A stretch of DNA of 62,740 bases, filler included, from Choristocarpus tenellus KU-1152 (Eukaryota > Protista > Phaeophyceae): assembly GCA_964200185.2 (NCBI GenBank). It is 8 parts of 8 records of this genome, joined end to end, with 100 filler letters (N's around TTAATTAATTAA, not from the genome) between each part and the next. Parts side by side here need not be neighbours in the genome. Positions count along the whole stretch, not along the records: positions 7,638 to 34,349 come from CAXNAD020000164.1; 7 more parts are not named here. One strand, written 5' to 3'. A program made the translations under genes and the position numbers. This document shows, in pieces, positions 12,536 to 26,600 of the stretch; positions within the stretch are counted from its first letter, which is position 1; the number at the start of each line of letters is the position of its first letter. Under the pieces are notes generated by a model that made no database searches, had not been told where the DNA came from, and was given only the letters and a program-made list of their open reading frames with translations.

Positions 12536-15327
12536 GGTGACGGTGTCCGGCGCACTGGGCGTCGTCGACGCGGTCGTGTGCAAGCTGGCGGGGGTAGCAG
12601 TATTAGTGGTACAAGTATCAGCGGTCGCGATGGCAGCTGGGACGAGGCAGGTCATGCACCTGGGCACACTCCCTCAGGCGTCCAGCAGGTTAACCCGGCT
12701 ATGCTGGAAAGTGAGTTCTTGGCAGCTAGTGGGCAGATCGAGGATGGGGTTCAGGATAAAGTCGCTTCCCTGAGCCTCGAAGAGGTGCCCTACGATCGAG
12801 ACCTGCGGTGAGTTTGCCATGGTCCTGGTTGACATGGTAAGGGATCGAGAGATAAAGTCACAATGGGTTATGGTCCAAGATCATTATCGGACAAAAATAA
12901 GAGCTGTGCTGTGCACAAAAGATCTTCCCTTCTCGCTGACTTCTCGATCGCTCTATACTGAATGATGGACTTTGACCGTACTTAGTAGTATCCTGGGATC
13001 CCGATCGCCCTTTCCCAACATCATGTCGCTCCATCTTAATCTTAACCTTATCCCTCCTTTTGCAGTCTCCCCACAACCAGCATAAACATGTTAGCCATCA
13101 TATTTTGTTTCGTCTGATAGCCCTTTTGGGCACTATGCTGCGAACGTCCTGTGTTTTGTTTTGGGCACGCAGGTGGTGCAACCGCGCGACCGATGCTCGT
13201 CCCCGTCCCGTATTGGAGACAGAGAGGGGCTTATTTGCCCGAGTGGGAGTTGCAATTACGCAGGATACAAGAGAGTATGAAAGCCTTGACCGCCACTATC
13301 AGGTAAGGATGAGATAAGGCAAGGGTGTGTCTGAAATTGTGCATGGCTTGCAAATGTTCTCATTTAAAAGGGGAAGGAAAGGTGGCTGATTGGTGGTGGA
13401 CTCAGGAAATATTTCCCATGTTACGTTGAGAAGATTTTTTTGGTCCACTGTGACTACAGCATCCATGACATGCAATGCCTTTACTAGTCGACTTTGGACC
13501 TGGCAAGACCCTTTCTGGCTCTCGTGAAAGAGAGCCTCAATTGGTTTAGACTCCTCCAAGCACAAGGAGATATCACGCCTATTTTTTCCCGTGAAACCCT
13601 GGTCTTGAAACTATCGCGGAATTTGAGGAAAGGAATCATTACTGGCAAAGAAAAATATATATTTTGTAATGAACATGCATTATTTTTTTTGCATAGGGAA
13701 GTGACAGAGTAACTGTAGCCTTGTTTGACTTTTGTCCAATTATAGGTCTCAACTGTAATTTCTATCCCCAGGATGCCGGCCTTGAGGATGTGTGTTGCTT
13801 GAACTGCCTGGAAATCCAGATGCTGACAGATTTTATGCTGGAGAAATAGACATTCAGTCTTTTCAGAGCTCTTGCTCAAAGTTTAGAAATGCAGTGAGTT
13901 GTAGCCTTGCGCCATGAGCATTTCCACGGAGGCCTCATGACGTAATGTGATAGCTGGGAAGGGCTGAAGCTATTTAGATGATCAGAAAACTGTGCTAAGA
14001 TAAATGCTTAGCCAATAGTCACCCTCTTCACAGAGTGGCAGTAGGAATAACATGAGTTAACTTGGAAAGTATTGACTCTGAGTCTTCCTTGCTGCTTGAT
14101 CACCTTGCTTTTTGATACATCTTGTGCTGTGTGTAGTTCACAAGCAAAAGCTAGACACAATGGATTTATATATGGATCAAGGTATGCCCATCTCCTGTAA
14201 CATTCGATCCTAATGATGAAGTCAACCTACAATCATGCCCTGAGCGACCCCCAGACTGAAAATGTGATGATGTCCTACAGGAGCTGTGGAAAGAGAGAGA
14301 AGAAGACCGCCCTGCTCCAGCTCAAGGCAGAGGCCGAACCAGGGGTCGAGGACGGGGCAGGGGCAGAGGAAGGGCACGGGGGCGAGGCCAGGCACCAAGC
14401 CAGGCCCAGGCCCAAGCTCAAAACCCTGGCCAGGCCCGTAGCAGAGGTCATGGTCAAAATAACTCAGGACAGGGTCGTGATCAGGGCCACAGTCCACGTC
14501 AGGGTCGTGGACGTGGACGAGGCCAGCAGGGGAAGAGTCGTAGCCCACAAGCTACTTGTCCATCAAACTCAGGACTGAGTCCAGGGCAAAGGTCTGTGGG
14601 GTATGACTTGTCAGTGGGGACTGGAGAAGGGGGTGGGGTAGGTACAGTGCCTGATGGAGCACGGCGGACTCTGAAATCAGGCAAGGTTCGAGGAAGCCAG
14701 ATAGATCAGGCAGGGGGGGGGGCAAGGCGAGCAGAGGGGCGGCGAGGCAGGGGTAAGGGGCAGCCGCCGCCATCTCCTTTACCACAGCTTCCGCCAAAGT
14801 CAACACCTCCACCAGTGGATACACATGGCAAGTTACCAACATCTGTGGTGTCAAGTACTACACCCGTAGGTTCTGTGTTGGGTTGGCAGCTGGATCCAGG
14901 TGAGCCACACTTAAGACAGGAGAAGGGCTTGGCAGGGCAGCAGGTGTGGCGAGACAAAGGTGTTTCAACACCGGTGTCTGCTGCAGAGACCCACCCTTTT
15001 GCTGGGTCGCCTTTGCTGCTTCCTTCCATGCCTTCCATGCCTCATCCGCCACCCCTACCCATGAGCATTAACTTGAGCTTTCTTTCAAGTGCTTCATCTG
15101 AGATACCAACTAGTGGGGCATCACCGGCAGTAAGCAGTACATGGGGTGGATTGGGGGGTAGTGCTATGGAAATGGGGGGAAGAGCATATCCCCGCAACTC
15201 CCCACCGTGTGCGATGGACCTTGGTCTGGACCCCTCACTAGATGTGGATATCCAGGACATAAACGCCGACCCTGATCTCAATGTTGATGCACCTGCATTT
15301 GTACCTAGTGGTTTTTTTCCTGGCTGA
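12536..15327 (+). CDS. RG-rich putative RNA-binding protein with C-terminal PAM2 motif; exons 12536-12807, 13173-13302, 14281-15327 (5' exon not resolved)
   Basis: Phase-consistent GT-AG joins. The terminal exon is open for 349 codons from CTACAG|14281 (ELWKEREEDRPAPAQGRGRTRGRGRGRGRG...) and ends DLNVDAPAFVPSGFFPG*, fitting the PAM2 consensus LNxxAxxFxP. An extra exon near 13795-13892 is possible. Confidence 0.65.
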
Positions 15328-17499
15328 CTTGAGGGAAGGGTTCTTTTGGTCTTAAAGGAATGAAAAACAGGTGATTGTGATACGATAGGTATCGATGCAT
15401 CACTTGAAATATCACGGCCCAATCTGCCTCCATGGAATTTGTCCCAAGGGCACGTTGCTAAGCAGGGGCAAGAAAATGTTGGTCGTGACAACGATCACTG
15501 CAGGTGGGCAGGGGGGGGATACAAGCTCTTTGTATTGCCCCCATGAAACCAAGCCACAATCCTCTCGTCCACTTCGCCTCTGCATACACAAGAAAACCCT
15601 TCTATTTTAGGTTGGATACCTGGACATGGGACAATATTCTCCTCAAAGCCAAGTGCTGAATGACGGCTGGTGGCCTGCCAGCATGTGGGCCTAAGATTGG
15701 CACATTGTGCACTGCTTAGCTGCTGCTCTGGCTGCCAGTTTGTGTCATGCAGCCTGGATTCTGCCTTTTGCTGTTAAGGACTGCCGGCATGCTCTACATC
15801 GGAGACGACAACCTCCAGTCCCATGCATTTTTGTGGAATTTTTTGTGCGATATTGTGGTGACAATATGGTTTGAGCATTTCATGGAAGTGGGAGATGGGA
15901 CGGCTAGATGTGTGAGCTTCTTGTCGAGGAGGATAAGGTGCCATTTGCATGTTCTTTCATGCAGACTCTCTATTTTGCATTGTTGCTCTGCTTCACCTGC
16001 CTGCTGCTATATAGATGGGGGTTGGCAGTCAGGCAGCAATTGATTATCTCATTTGTGGATTTTCCCTGCGTGGGACAGGTCAGGTAGTTGTGTTTGTGAG
16101 GAAAGCTGCAAGTTGACATGGGATTGTGCTCTTGTTGTGCCTGCTTTTTCAGCTGGAAAGATGTTTTTAAAGGCATGTGGTCCTTCTTGAAATGCGAAAG
16201 GTTGCAAGAGATTGAGATTGCATCGTTGAAGCTCCATTTCACCTAGATTATGTTTGTTGGAAGTCACACCACATTGCTGTTAAGCTTATGGAAGCCTGTT
16301 GACCTGGCCTGCCCTCTGATTCCCTGTTAGGTGTGTTTTGAATTCCCCTTGTCGCTTCTGTGATCCAGTCAGCAAGTATATATTTCTGGGAAGTTTGGGG
16401 TTTTCAGAGATTGCTGACCTCATGTTCTGAGCGTTCCTGTGTGAGTGAGTTTTTGATTGACCCCAGGAGAAGAGTTTCCTGGCTGTCTACTCTGTTTGAT
16501 TGGAGGTGAAGGACGTGCCCTTGGGTGCACAAACTGATTTGCATACTAGCGTTAGTCACAATATTTGCTGTTGATCACCCTTGTCTGCTTTCCTTGGAGA
16601 TTTGAAAGCAATCAAGAGGAAAAGCAAAGTTCAGTGATGGGATGCTGTACAGAACATGTGTGCCTGCAGCAAGAGTGGGTTGGATTGGCTTGATTGGTGT
16701 AGGATACTCCAAGTAGTGTCGATGTTTGTATGTCCACATGTTGTAGCTATGTTTAGAGGAGGCCACAGTGGCGGCCTGAGAGAGAACTCACTCTTCCCTC
16801 TGAACATGCAACATCCCACACAGATGTCAGACTTAAAACCCCTGCTGTCCTTGTTGGATTGAGTGCAAAGGCAGCTGTCCACCCGTCTTTATATCTCAGT
16901 GACAAGTGAACTATGTGGTGTGCAAGAACCAGCCACACAAGAAAGAGCTATATTAATATGAAGGCAGCTTTGTTGTGTAGTCTATGAACAGGAAGGATAC
17001 TTAACAGTCTGGATGTGGAGTGTAGTATCCTGTCCTTTCACCCTCATCACAGGACCCCTATATTTAGGATTTTCATAGTAATAATACTGGTAAGGTGGCT
17101 TCGAATCTATTGAGAGCTCTAATATATAAATGAAATTGACTACATCTTGCTGCTGCTGCTATTGCTGCTCCTGATGAGAGATCTAGATGGACTGTATATA
17201 TATGAAGCAACCGATCCACAGACAAACAAAAACGTTAGCAACACTATCATGTGCCTACAGAGAGATGTTATTTTTACCTAGTGATTTAAAACATAAGACG
17301 GTAATGTTACCCCATCACAGGGATCAGTCATAACTTTAGCTTCAGGATCTTCCGGGTGGGGAGAGCTGAGTGTCCCTTGCCCAAAGCAACTTTTTTTTCA
17401 TTGCTTAGTGTGGTATAATAATCCATCTGCCAATTGTTATCACTGAAATCCTTCCACAATGGGAAGGTACTAGGACAGTTAGTTCATATCCTGATCCCA

Positions 17500-17785
17500 T
17501 AGTGGTACCAGTAGCTTCGCCCTCTGGGGTTGTCCCGTCATAACGTTTGATGCAGACATCGGATTTAAAAAAAAAAGCATATTCGTGATGCCCGTCACAA
17601 GTCCCTCCAGAGCACGGGCTTCTTTATTTTTTCGACATTTTTTCTTTTTTTAAAGAAAGCGCTCATATGGGGTTCGAACCCCGGATTGTAGGTCACCAAA
17701 AGTGGCAACAGATAGATGCACTATTACTTTATTGAAGTATAGGGTTTAGACAGAGGAAAAGCCTCCCTACCCTTTCTTCATAGTG
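17500..17785 (-). mobile_element. Terminal fragment of TIR transposon family C
   Basis: Reverse-complement homologue of ~60095-60375. Begins with the TIR ATAGTGGTACCAGTAGCTTCGCCCTCTGGGG. Confidence 0.75.
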
Positions 17786-18180
17786 AGTAGGTGTTACAGG
17801 ACCGATACACACATACACAATTATATAGCCTACCCATTGGCAATGGGTGGTAGGATTGACTTACACCCTGTGGGCTATATATCTAAATTGGATAGGTGGA
17901 GACAGGTGATTGTGGTCCTCAGACCATGGCTTTGACAAAAGACTAAACCCTAGGAACTGCCAAGCCAACAAGACCCATAACACACACACATGTTCCCCAC
18001 AACACCTCTTCGACCAACTCTATTCAAATAACCACAGCAACCAGCAGCAGATAGATGATCATGTTGCAATAGTTCTAGTGAAAGTGCGATCTCATATCAA
18101 AAATACCACTATCCAAACGTAAGTCTCAACTTTGATATCATTTGCTTCCATAGTATGTATGTGCTGTTGTAATCTAATAT

Positions 18181-20452
18181 TCATTTGGATTTTGATGTAA
18201 TCACGCCTAGCAATGTCTCCATGGCTACGGCTGCGCCATTCTCCTTGTTTGACAGTGTCACATAGTCTGCAGCTGCTATAGCTGCTGGACTAGCGTTCCC
18301 CATACACACTCCAATACCTGCCAACTGTAGCATACCCACATCATTTTCTGCATCACCTGAGAGGGGGTAAACAGGAGGGTTGGAAGTGTCATCTATTGAT
18401 GAATATATCTAGGCTATATGTAAGAGCCCTGGGACTAAAAATCCGAAACATAGTGATGTAGTGAGCATGCGAGGTGTTCATGTCACCAAACTGAACTAGC
18501 GGAGACAACTGGATGAGGTTCAGTGGTTAATAGCACAACTCTACCTACTGCGGAGATGACACAGTGCAAATTCTGTGTACATAGGAGATTTCATTCCATT
18601 TGAAAGAGAAGGCAAAATAGAGTGGTGTCCTACTCACCCATGGCCATGAGATGCCTGGGGTCAATTCCAAGGTGTTCAAGCAACACTGCCACACCCTTCC
18701 CCTTGGATGCACCAAGGGGGAGCACCTCTAGCATGTCTGACAGGGCCTGCAAGCACATCCCCAATAAGATCAGAGAAGGGGGGCTGAATCTATGCATGTG
18801 GGAACATGGCCCTTGCCTTGCGGTTCACCAACACCTGGCTCACTAAGTTCACTGAGGTAGCTGTACAGTCCAGTTGTAGTGTGCTCAACATGCACTTCTC
18901 CTTGGTCAAAGCGGTGAGCAGGCTGATCACATTGTTTGAAGTAGTGGCATTGTCCCAACAAAACTTTAAATCCTAGTGTGTGTCCACTCTTGAGGTCACA
19001 ACACAAACATATGCTGTTCAATGTGGCAAAAACAGAGCGATAAGAGTGAGTGGGATCCGAACAATACTCTAGATAGTTCCTATGACAGCACCTGTGTCAA
19101 GGTCGCGACATCTCCTACAAGGCGTTCGACCTCAGGGCGCACATCATCTATATTTTCTGTGGTATCCATGAGTATGAGCTTGTGAATAGGCAACCCTCCA
19201 GCTGCTGCTTCCTCCAGGGAACCAATGGCCTCTGGGGTTGGCTCAAGGTAATCAGTAATTTTATCCGTCTGCTCGTCCCGTTTGGAGCACACCTGATATT
19301 CATTTTTAGAAAGTAAGGCAAACCTAAGTCCCTCTCCCTGCAGTGGATCCTCTGCAGTGCATCAAGATGTTTGGTGGTTGTCAATCACTCACAATGTGAG
19401 GGTGATGTGGTGTGGTATCCTTTTTTATTATCTTCTCAATGAAAAGTACCGAAGTGCTCCACATGCGATGTTGACGCTCTTTGGAAGGAAGTGAATAATC
19501 GTGATGAATAATCGCCATCAGATACTTCGGTGTCTATGACGACATTCCTTACATGGGCTGGTTCTACCATCAATACAAAAGCAACAATAGTTCACTCACG
19601 ATGCGGTCCCCGCTGTACGCGATAACTGACATGCCCCTGTCTCGGCAGAAGTTGGTCACTGCCTTGATAACATCCAACTCAAGCAGTCGCTCATAGAGAA
19701 CGTCATCGCCAGCACCAGAATACACAATCAGACCTTGGATAAACACTCCCGGAACATCCTTGGCCTTCAGCTCTGCGCCCAGTTGATCGCCCAAGACTGC
19801 ATACATCCCAGCACGTGTCTTAAAAGGGATGATGATCGTTCCAGTCATAATTTTCAAGCAGTGGTAGGTAGAGAAGTAGAAACATCAGGTAAGAAAAGTC
19901 AGGCTTATGTATAAGCTCAGTGGTGAGGAAGTGGTGTAAGCTTCACACTTGGTACCCACATGTATTTTAAACGAATCGGGATGTGCCTACGAGAGGGAAG
20001 GATACTCCATATTAGCGTAGTGACCTCATAGGAGTTCCATATCAATCTTATCAGCTAATGGACCTGACCTTGCCTGTGGCCGGAAAGAAGACAAGACCCT
20101 CGTCCATGATCGCCTTGATAGTGCTCTTAGTTCGAGCAGATACTTTGCCTTCGGGGCTTGTGAGAGTCCCGTCTACATCGCTCGCAACAGCTTTGATACC
20201 TGAAAGAATCGGCTTCGGCACAGAGGAAATTTCTGGAAGGGTGACCAACGAGTCGTTAGTAGAACCCCACAAACGATGCCTTTGTTTGTTATCAAAAGTG
20301 TTGATAGGGTTGGTAGTCGGAGGAGTAAGTGGAAGCGCAGCGACAAAGGCCGAGGTTGAGCCCAGAGGAGAAATCGACCATGGCACCAAAGTGACTACCA
20401 GCACCATGGAACTGGCCATGGGCCAGAAACTGCAGCGTGCACTTAACAACAT
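18181..20452 (-). CDS. Plastid-targeted Cof-type (IIB) HAD phosphatase, 362 aa; exons 20452-20069, 19818-19600, 19292-19092, 18746-18638, 18356-18181
   Basis: Complete phase-consistent model (1089 nt). HAD motifs: I ASDVDGTL, II ATGK, III SKGKG, IV GDAEND...GNA. N-terminal signal peptide followed by STSAFVA (ASAFAP-like). Confidence 0.93.
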
Positions 20453-20694
20453 CAGACCATTGGTATGAGTTGTATGAAGGGATTGAATGTACCTTCAAAA
20501 AAGTACCTAGGCAAACGCCTCCTTCAAGGTGAATGAGGACTTGAGGTTGACGAAGGTCAAACAAAATCGATTTATTACAAGAGAAAAGGAGACGAGCAGG
20601 GACAAGACGGAGGCAGGTTGACCGATTTGCATTCATTTATACGGGTTCATCAGGGATCGTGCCCCCAGTTGACAGGGGGTGGGTACACTTTTCA
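20453..20694. promoter_or_regulatory. Putative bidirectional promoter between the HAD and ALB3 genes
   Basis: Only 242 bp separate the two divergent start codons. Inferred from geometry; no motif is claimed. Confidence 0.55.
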
Positions 20695-23600
20695 ATGGCT
20701 CCTGCTTTAAACTCTTTTGCAGCCGCGTGGACGGTGGTGAGTTATCTATGGACTGTGATATTCATGCGGCCATGACCAGCCCTTCGGCGAGCGTGAACGG
20801 TTACTGACATTTGTGATGTCCTTCCTTACCTTGATCGTAACCCCTAGTGCTACCCCAACTTGTTGACGCGCCCTCTGTCTCTTCAGGCCACGTGTGGAGT
20901 GGCGGCAGCCTTCGTACCAACAGCGCCTCGTGCCTTGGGTGAGCTTGTTCCATGCACGGAGTGGGAGATTTTTGTTGATATGTGAAAGACACCATGGATC
21001 ATTGCCTCTGACATCAAGATCGTCCATATGCATGCTCTATTGTAGGAGGTATACCAACAACGACCAAATATTTGCCATTGACAAATGCATGTCATCTTCT
21101 AACCATATACCCTCGTCCCCTTCGCAGCTACTACACGGTTCGTCCCTACACGCACACGCACATGGACGACATCTAGGCAGCCCGTCCGCCCGTCAGGTTA
21201 GTCTATATTTCGGCGGTATAAAATAGGATACTAAATCATGTATGCTCTTCAGAACGTTTCTCGTGGTCTCACCTCCGCTTTATGTGTTCAGCAATTGAAG
21301 GTGTTTTGATGAATGCTATTTACTTGCTGAGGCCTGGAGCTTGAGAAAAATAGGGTAGAGCCAGAGAGATTGATTGCTTGCGATGGTTCTTCTTACAGTT
21401 AACAGTGCTTCACCTAAATTGGCCTCCCCATCACCTTGCAGGTGTATCCGGCCTCAAGGCGTTGGTAGACCCGTCAGTGGTGGGTGATGTTGACGCATCG
21501 TGGTTGCACCACGTCTTTACAGGTGAGCATATTTAACTCAGTTGCATTCAAGAGCCAATCGAGAGTTTATTGGGACAAAAGTGTCGCTAGGGCACCCCTC
21601 CACGTGTCGGTTTTCTCCCATACCATAAACATCTCTGTGCTTTGTTGAATGTGCCGCATTGATCAAGACAGGAACCTCTATCTTAAAGAAGATGCTTGTG
21701 GGATGATTGGAGTCCAGTGTCGTTCTCCTGTGTGCAGTCGGTTGAGGGTTCAGTGTATGGTGGATGTGAATTTCTTGGCATCCAAAACAGATTATAGACC
21801 TCCTATTGCTGAAGGAATCCTTGATTTGATTATCGTCCATCTTGCAAAATCTTAGCATGAATCGTTGGGATTGCCCTTCTGCTTCAAAGTATCAGCGTTG
21901 TGGAGATCCTCCTCCCCTTTGCTTGATATTTGATAGTAGGGTGGTGGGTCCGCATCAAATGGTAAGACCAGGCTCATAAATGTGAATCTCATCCCCCCCC
22001 AAAAAATCATTTTGCGATGCTGGAGAAACCTTTGTCGTTGGATAGGTTGGCTTTGGAATCATGGCTGCAAGGCCTCATCAGGCATTTTTTGGTGACAGTG
22101 CAGTTCATTGTTCCATGTATGATGGATGTTTCTGTGTGACATGATGGTATCAATAGTGGTGCAAGCTGAGAGTGTTGGCACGTATTGGGGTTGTGTTTGT
22201 TGTTGTGTGAAGTCCTGCAAAATTGAAATGCATTGGATAGATATATTCAATCCTGTCGCAGAGCAGAGCTTTAGTTCTGGCTTGGAGGGTACTTGGAACA
22301 GATATTCCACATCCAGGACGGATTTTTTTTTTCCAGTAGGTAATTGCAGAGAGTATCTTAAGGTTTATTTTGCAGTACATGAGATGACCAGGAAATCCTA
22401 CGAATGGGTACATGTGCATCTTAGTATCCCTTATACTTGCTGTTGGGTTCTACCACTCCAGCCTATGCCTTCCACGAAGTTTGTACCTCAGTTCCCTGGT
22501 ACAGACTCATTGATATCTCCAAACATTTGACAGACACCATCCTTCACGTCTAATACTCATTTTTTTTATGGCACCTTCAAGTGCCACTTGATGACATGAT
22601 CTAGAAACCATACTAAGGCATGACTGCGTGCTAAAAACCTTTCTTGGGACAGTGTTTTTTTTGGGTACTAGTGTGCCTTTTCAATGATAAATGCTGTACA
22701 TACCTATTTCTTGATCTACCTTAAGTCCATTCTGCCAGCTCAAGATATTGAATTTTACCCTCCTCTCTGAGGTGAAAAACTTCATTGGTTGATTTTGTTG
22801 GCTACGATTCCCAGGCACGAGATTGGCAAAGTGGTCAAATCGTGCCCACCCACATCCTTCATGTCCTGTCCGTTAGTGTTGCAGCATTCCATCCTTCCCC
22901 AGTAAAACCTACGTTAGTAAAAAAAATTGTAAGACCCACTTTGTTGTCAACCTCAAGGCCCTTGCTCATCTCTCCCTCCATCCCCCTCATACAAAATGTA
23001 CACCACATTGGTGGAAACAGAACAATAGTGTACATGATATTTTTTTTAAGTAATCTTTCTTTTTTGTCAGTTTTTTAAAGTCGGTTTGATGATTCGAGAT
23101 ATTAATTGTGGGTGATGGAGCATCACAGTTTTAGCATAGATGTTGTTCAAACTTTTGGCTTTTTTTATGCCACAAATAGTTGATCTGCTTAAGTGGGCAC
23201 CCACGCACCATCCTCCTCACTGCTTTATCTGTGACACAGGCCTTGCTGATGTGGGCAGCATTGCCCTTGATGCTGTATCAGACGTTGTTGACTCGGGTGA
23301 TGTGGCTATGGATGTCGTTACGGAGGAGGTTAAGAAGGGTGATGGGGGGCCAATTGGTATGCTGACAGGGGTGACTGAGATGGCCATCACAGGCCTGCAT
23401 GACTTTCTTGCGGGGATAGGTATACCTTCTCCATACGGGTTGTCCATCATCATGTTCACACTCTTTGTCAAGGGCATCACCTTCCCCCTTACCTACAAAC
23501 AGCTCTCCAGCACATCCAAGATGCAGGCCCTGGCACCCAAGGTATGTCCTGTTGTATCTGTTTTACCGTCAAGATGAGCGACATGTGGGAAAGAGGGGTG

Positions 23601-26600
23601 AGGTGCCTGATTGATGAATAACATTGGATGATTGTGTTAGGATGCTGCTATTGACGGAGAGAACTGTTAGGTTACTCAATGTCACCGTGTGTTGCTTTTG
23701 TAGTGCCTTTCGAGTGGAAATCTTTTGTCCCTGACCTGTGTTTGCATGATATTGTTTTTCCAAATTGAAAATTGAGGATTGGGGTGGACTGAGCATGTTG
23801 TGAAGAATGCGATCTTGATGGGCACTGAGCAGTGAGTGATGAAATATATTCAAGACGTGTGTGTTTTTGTTGCCTGAAGCAGGGTGTGGTGATTATTGTT
23901 GTGTCCATGGAGTAACAGTTTGTGTATAGCATTATTATAGTGAAGGAGTTTTGGCCATGTGTGCAATGTTTTCATGGTTTGACCAAGATACGCATGTTAC
24001 TGGGATCTTGGATGAAAGGTATTGGGTAAGATGGAGAGCGGGACTTGTCATTTTGTAGATATCATGGTGGAAAGGGGAAACCAAACATAGGACTCCCCTC
24101 ATACCAACACAACTCTTGCTAAATCTTGTCCCCTGCAGTAGAGATGACCATGCTGTCTAATCATGAGGTGTAGTATCATGTTTTCAACTAAAACCTTGAA
24201 TAGGTGAAATGCATTCAAATGATCTACCTCGTCCACCTGTTTGTCCATCTGCCTCTCATTGGAATATTATTGCAATGTGTAATTTGGCAATGAATTTGCT
24301 CTCATCTCCTCCCAGACAGTCGCCATTGAATTGGTTGTTGTAGAGTAGCCGTTGTTGCTATCTTGTTGATGTGGGGGGACTTCTTGTGAGGAGATATTTT
24401 CCCTTGAACGGATTTAATTCCTACAAGTATTTTTCTTGTGGAAAACCCTCCCCCTTTTCCCTCCTCCGATTTTGTACCAGGTTAAGGAGCTCCAGGCGCG
24501 ATATGCTAATAACCCTGAGGCTGCGAATGGGGCCATCCAGCAACTCTACCAGAGGGAGGATGTCAATCCGCTGGCAGGGTGCTTGCCCGCGATTGCTCAG
24601 ATCCCAATTTTCATCTCTCTCTACAGGTGAAAGAGTGTTTAAAATAGATGGAATTATTGCTGTATTTGCCTGCCTACCTATTGATCGTGTCTGTCCTACT
24701 GTGACCATTCCTTGGATTTGTTCAAAGGGAGGTGGGAAATGTTGTGGGTGAGTTGAGCGCAGGGATTAATGATCACTGTGTATCATGGGGTATGTAACTG
24801 CGCTGCCTGTATTTTTATAAGCCCTGTGATATTTTGGAGGTTGTGATGAGTGGCACCTCACTTGCACATATGGTTTAAAGACTTCTCCTTGTCAAATCAA
24901 GGAGCATGTAGACACAGCAGGAGAACTTTGAGTCTGTGAAGAACGTGGCGACCCATGGAGATGGTGGGAGTCATGTGGATGCAAGGGCAATACTCTAGGG
25001 TTAATTTGCACTGAATTGATAAACATAACATAACATAACATAACATAACATAACATAAACAAGGTAGAAAAGGAAAAAACAAGAAGAAATTGTTGTGTTG
25101 CAGTTGTGTTGATGATGTTGACTATTTACCTACCAGTTTGATGTGTGTACAACTTCAGTTTGGGGCTGCAGTTTGATGTAGGTATCAAGGTCATGATGAG
25201 GGGTTTTGAAAGAGAAGGGGAATCCGGTGTGTGTGTGTGAGAGAGAGAGAGAGAGCTTCTAATCAATGTCTCTCCAGCTTAGTACTTGCTTTCTATTGGT
25301 CAAAATATCTGTTACAAAGTATTTTCAACCCTTTTTCATACGCATTACACCTGTCGAGGTTGACACACTTGCCTAAATAAATAAAAAAGGCACTTAGAGA
25401 GTGCTAGTGAGTGAGTGTGTGTAGTGTGCACCCTTTTCGGTGTCGTCTTTTTTTCTCTCTTATTGCACTGCTTAGTAATGCCTTCCGCAATCTTATCCCA
25501 CCAACAACTTGTTTTATGTATCAACCTCAGCACTTGAGTTAGGGTTGAGGGTTATGTCCCTGAGGAGAAGCACCTGTTTGAATCGCAACAAACTAACAAC
25601 AGAAATTCATGGTATACACGTATATACCATTTGATCCTTCTACCCAAGATAGTATCGGAACTGGGGATAATAGGTATTATCTGAGTGCATATTATACTCA
25701 AATTCGGTGTTGCTGTTGAAAATTGTATGACACTTCTTGTTTCAAGGTACACGAGTCACTGCCTGTGTGTGTGTGTGTGCCTCCCTTGTCTCTTGTTACT
25801 ATTGAATGAACTTTTGCCCTGTTCTGTGCCCTGATTGCTTTTTTTTCAAATGAGGAAAGGTCTCTTCTCAACCTGGCCAAGGAGGATAAGCTTGGTGAAC
25901 CTTTCCTATGGATACCTAGCCTAGAGGGACCAGTATTTGATGCACCTCCTACTGAAACTCTGAACTGGTTGAAGGATTGGCATGGTGAGTGGTGAAACCT
26001 GGTATAACCTCGTGTCTAGTTGTTGTTCCACTGCTGTGCTTTTTTCTTGGGAAGATATTTTGGCGTGAAGGTGTTTGGTGGTTGTGTGTGAGCATGTGTT
26101 CTTTTTTATTCCCTATTGTCTTCCTGTGGTGAAGTTTCTGATTGTCGACAGTATCATTTTTGGGGGGTGCATTCAGAGTTGACTTGTGGACTCAAGTTCA
26201 TTTTTCAATCTTGTCTCTTGTCCTTGCACCGGTTGGGGGGTATTAGCCAAGGCAGATCATGCTTGGTGCAGTAGGTATTATAGCCTTGGTGGCATCCCCT
26301 TTCAGTTTTTCTAGCCAGTTGTCATTTTTCAAAAAGTCGGATTTTCTGCACCCTGGTCTCCTCATATGCCCCTCTCCCCCCCGAAGTACCTGCTTCCTTG
26401 ACGCTTTCCGAATGCTTCTGCCACTTGTTCATGATTTTTTCACATGTAAAGTGTCTAATTTTGTGCTACTAAACAAAGTGTGTGTTTATGTGGAGAATGA
26501 CTGGTATGGTACTGGGGCATTTAGTTTTGTTGGTGTAATTTGTTTGTATCATTGCCACATCAGCCTGTGTGGCCTTCTAATGATGGACCTTCAAAGGGAA

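Noticed and set aside
14213-15491. Overlapping ORFs on both strands read as retroelement gag (CLKCGSPG)
   Set aside because: Explained by the single plus-strand RG/PAM2 exon; the other ORFs are GC-rich shadow frames.
15600-16900. Minus-strand gag relic with a zinc knuckle (CTMCQS*AHMLAGH)
   Set aside because: The motif is imperfect and contains a stop, and no pol motifs are nearby. It may be 3'UTR or an unrecognisable relic.
17655-17700. tRNA or SINE (GGTTCGAACCCC B-box-like motif)
   Set aside because: No cloverleaf or A-box is evident; the motif is internal to the family C transposon end and also occurs at ~60198.
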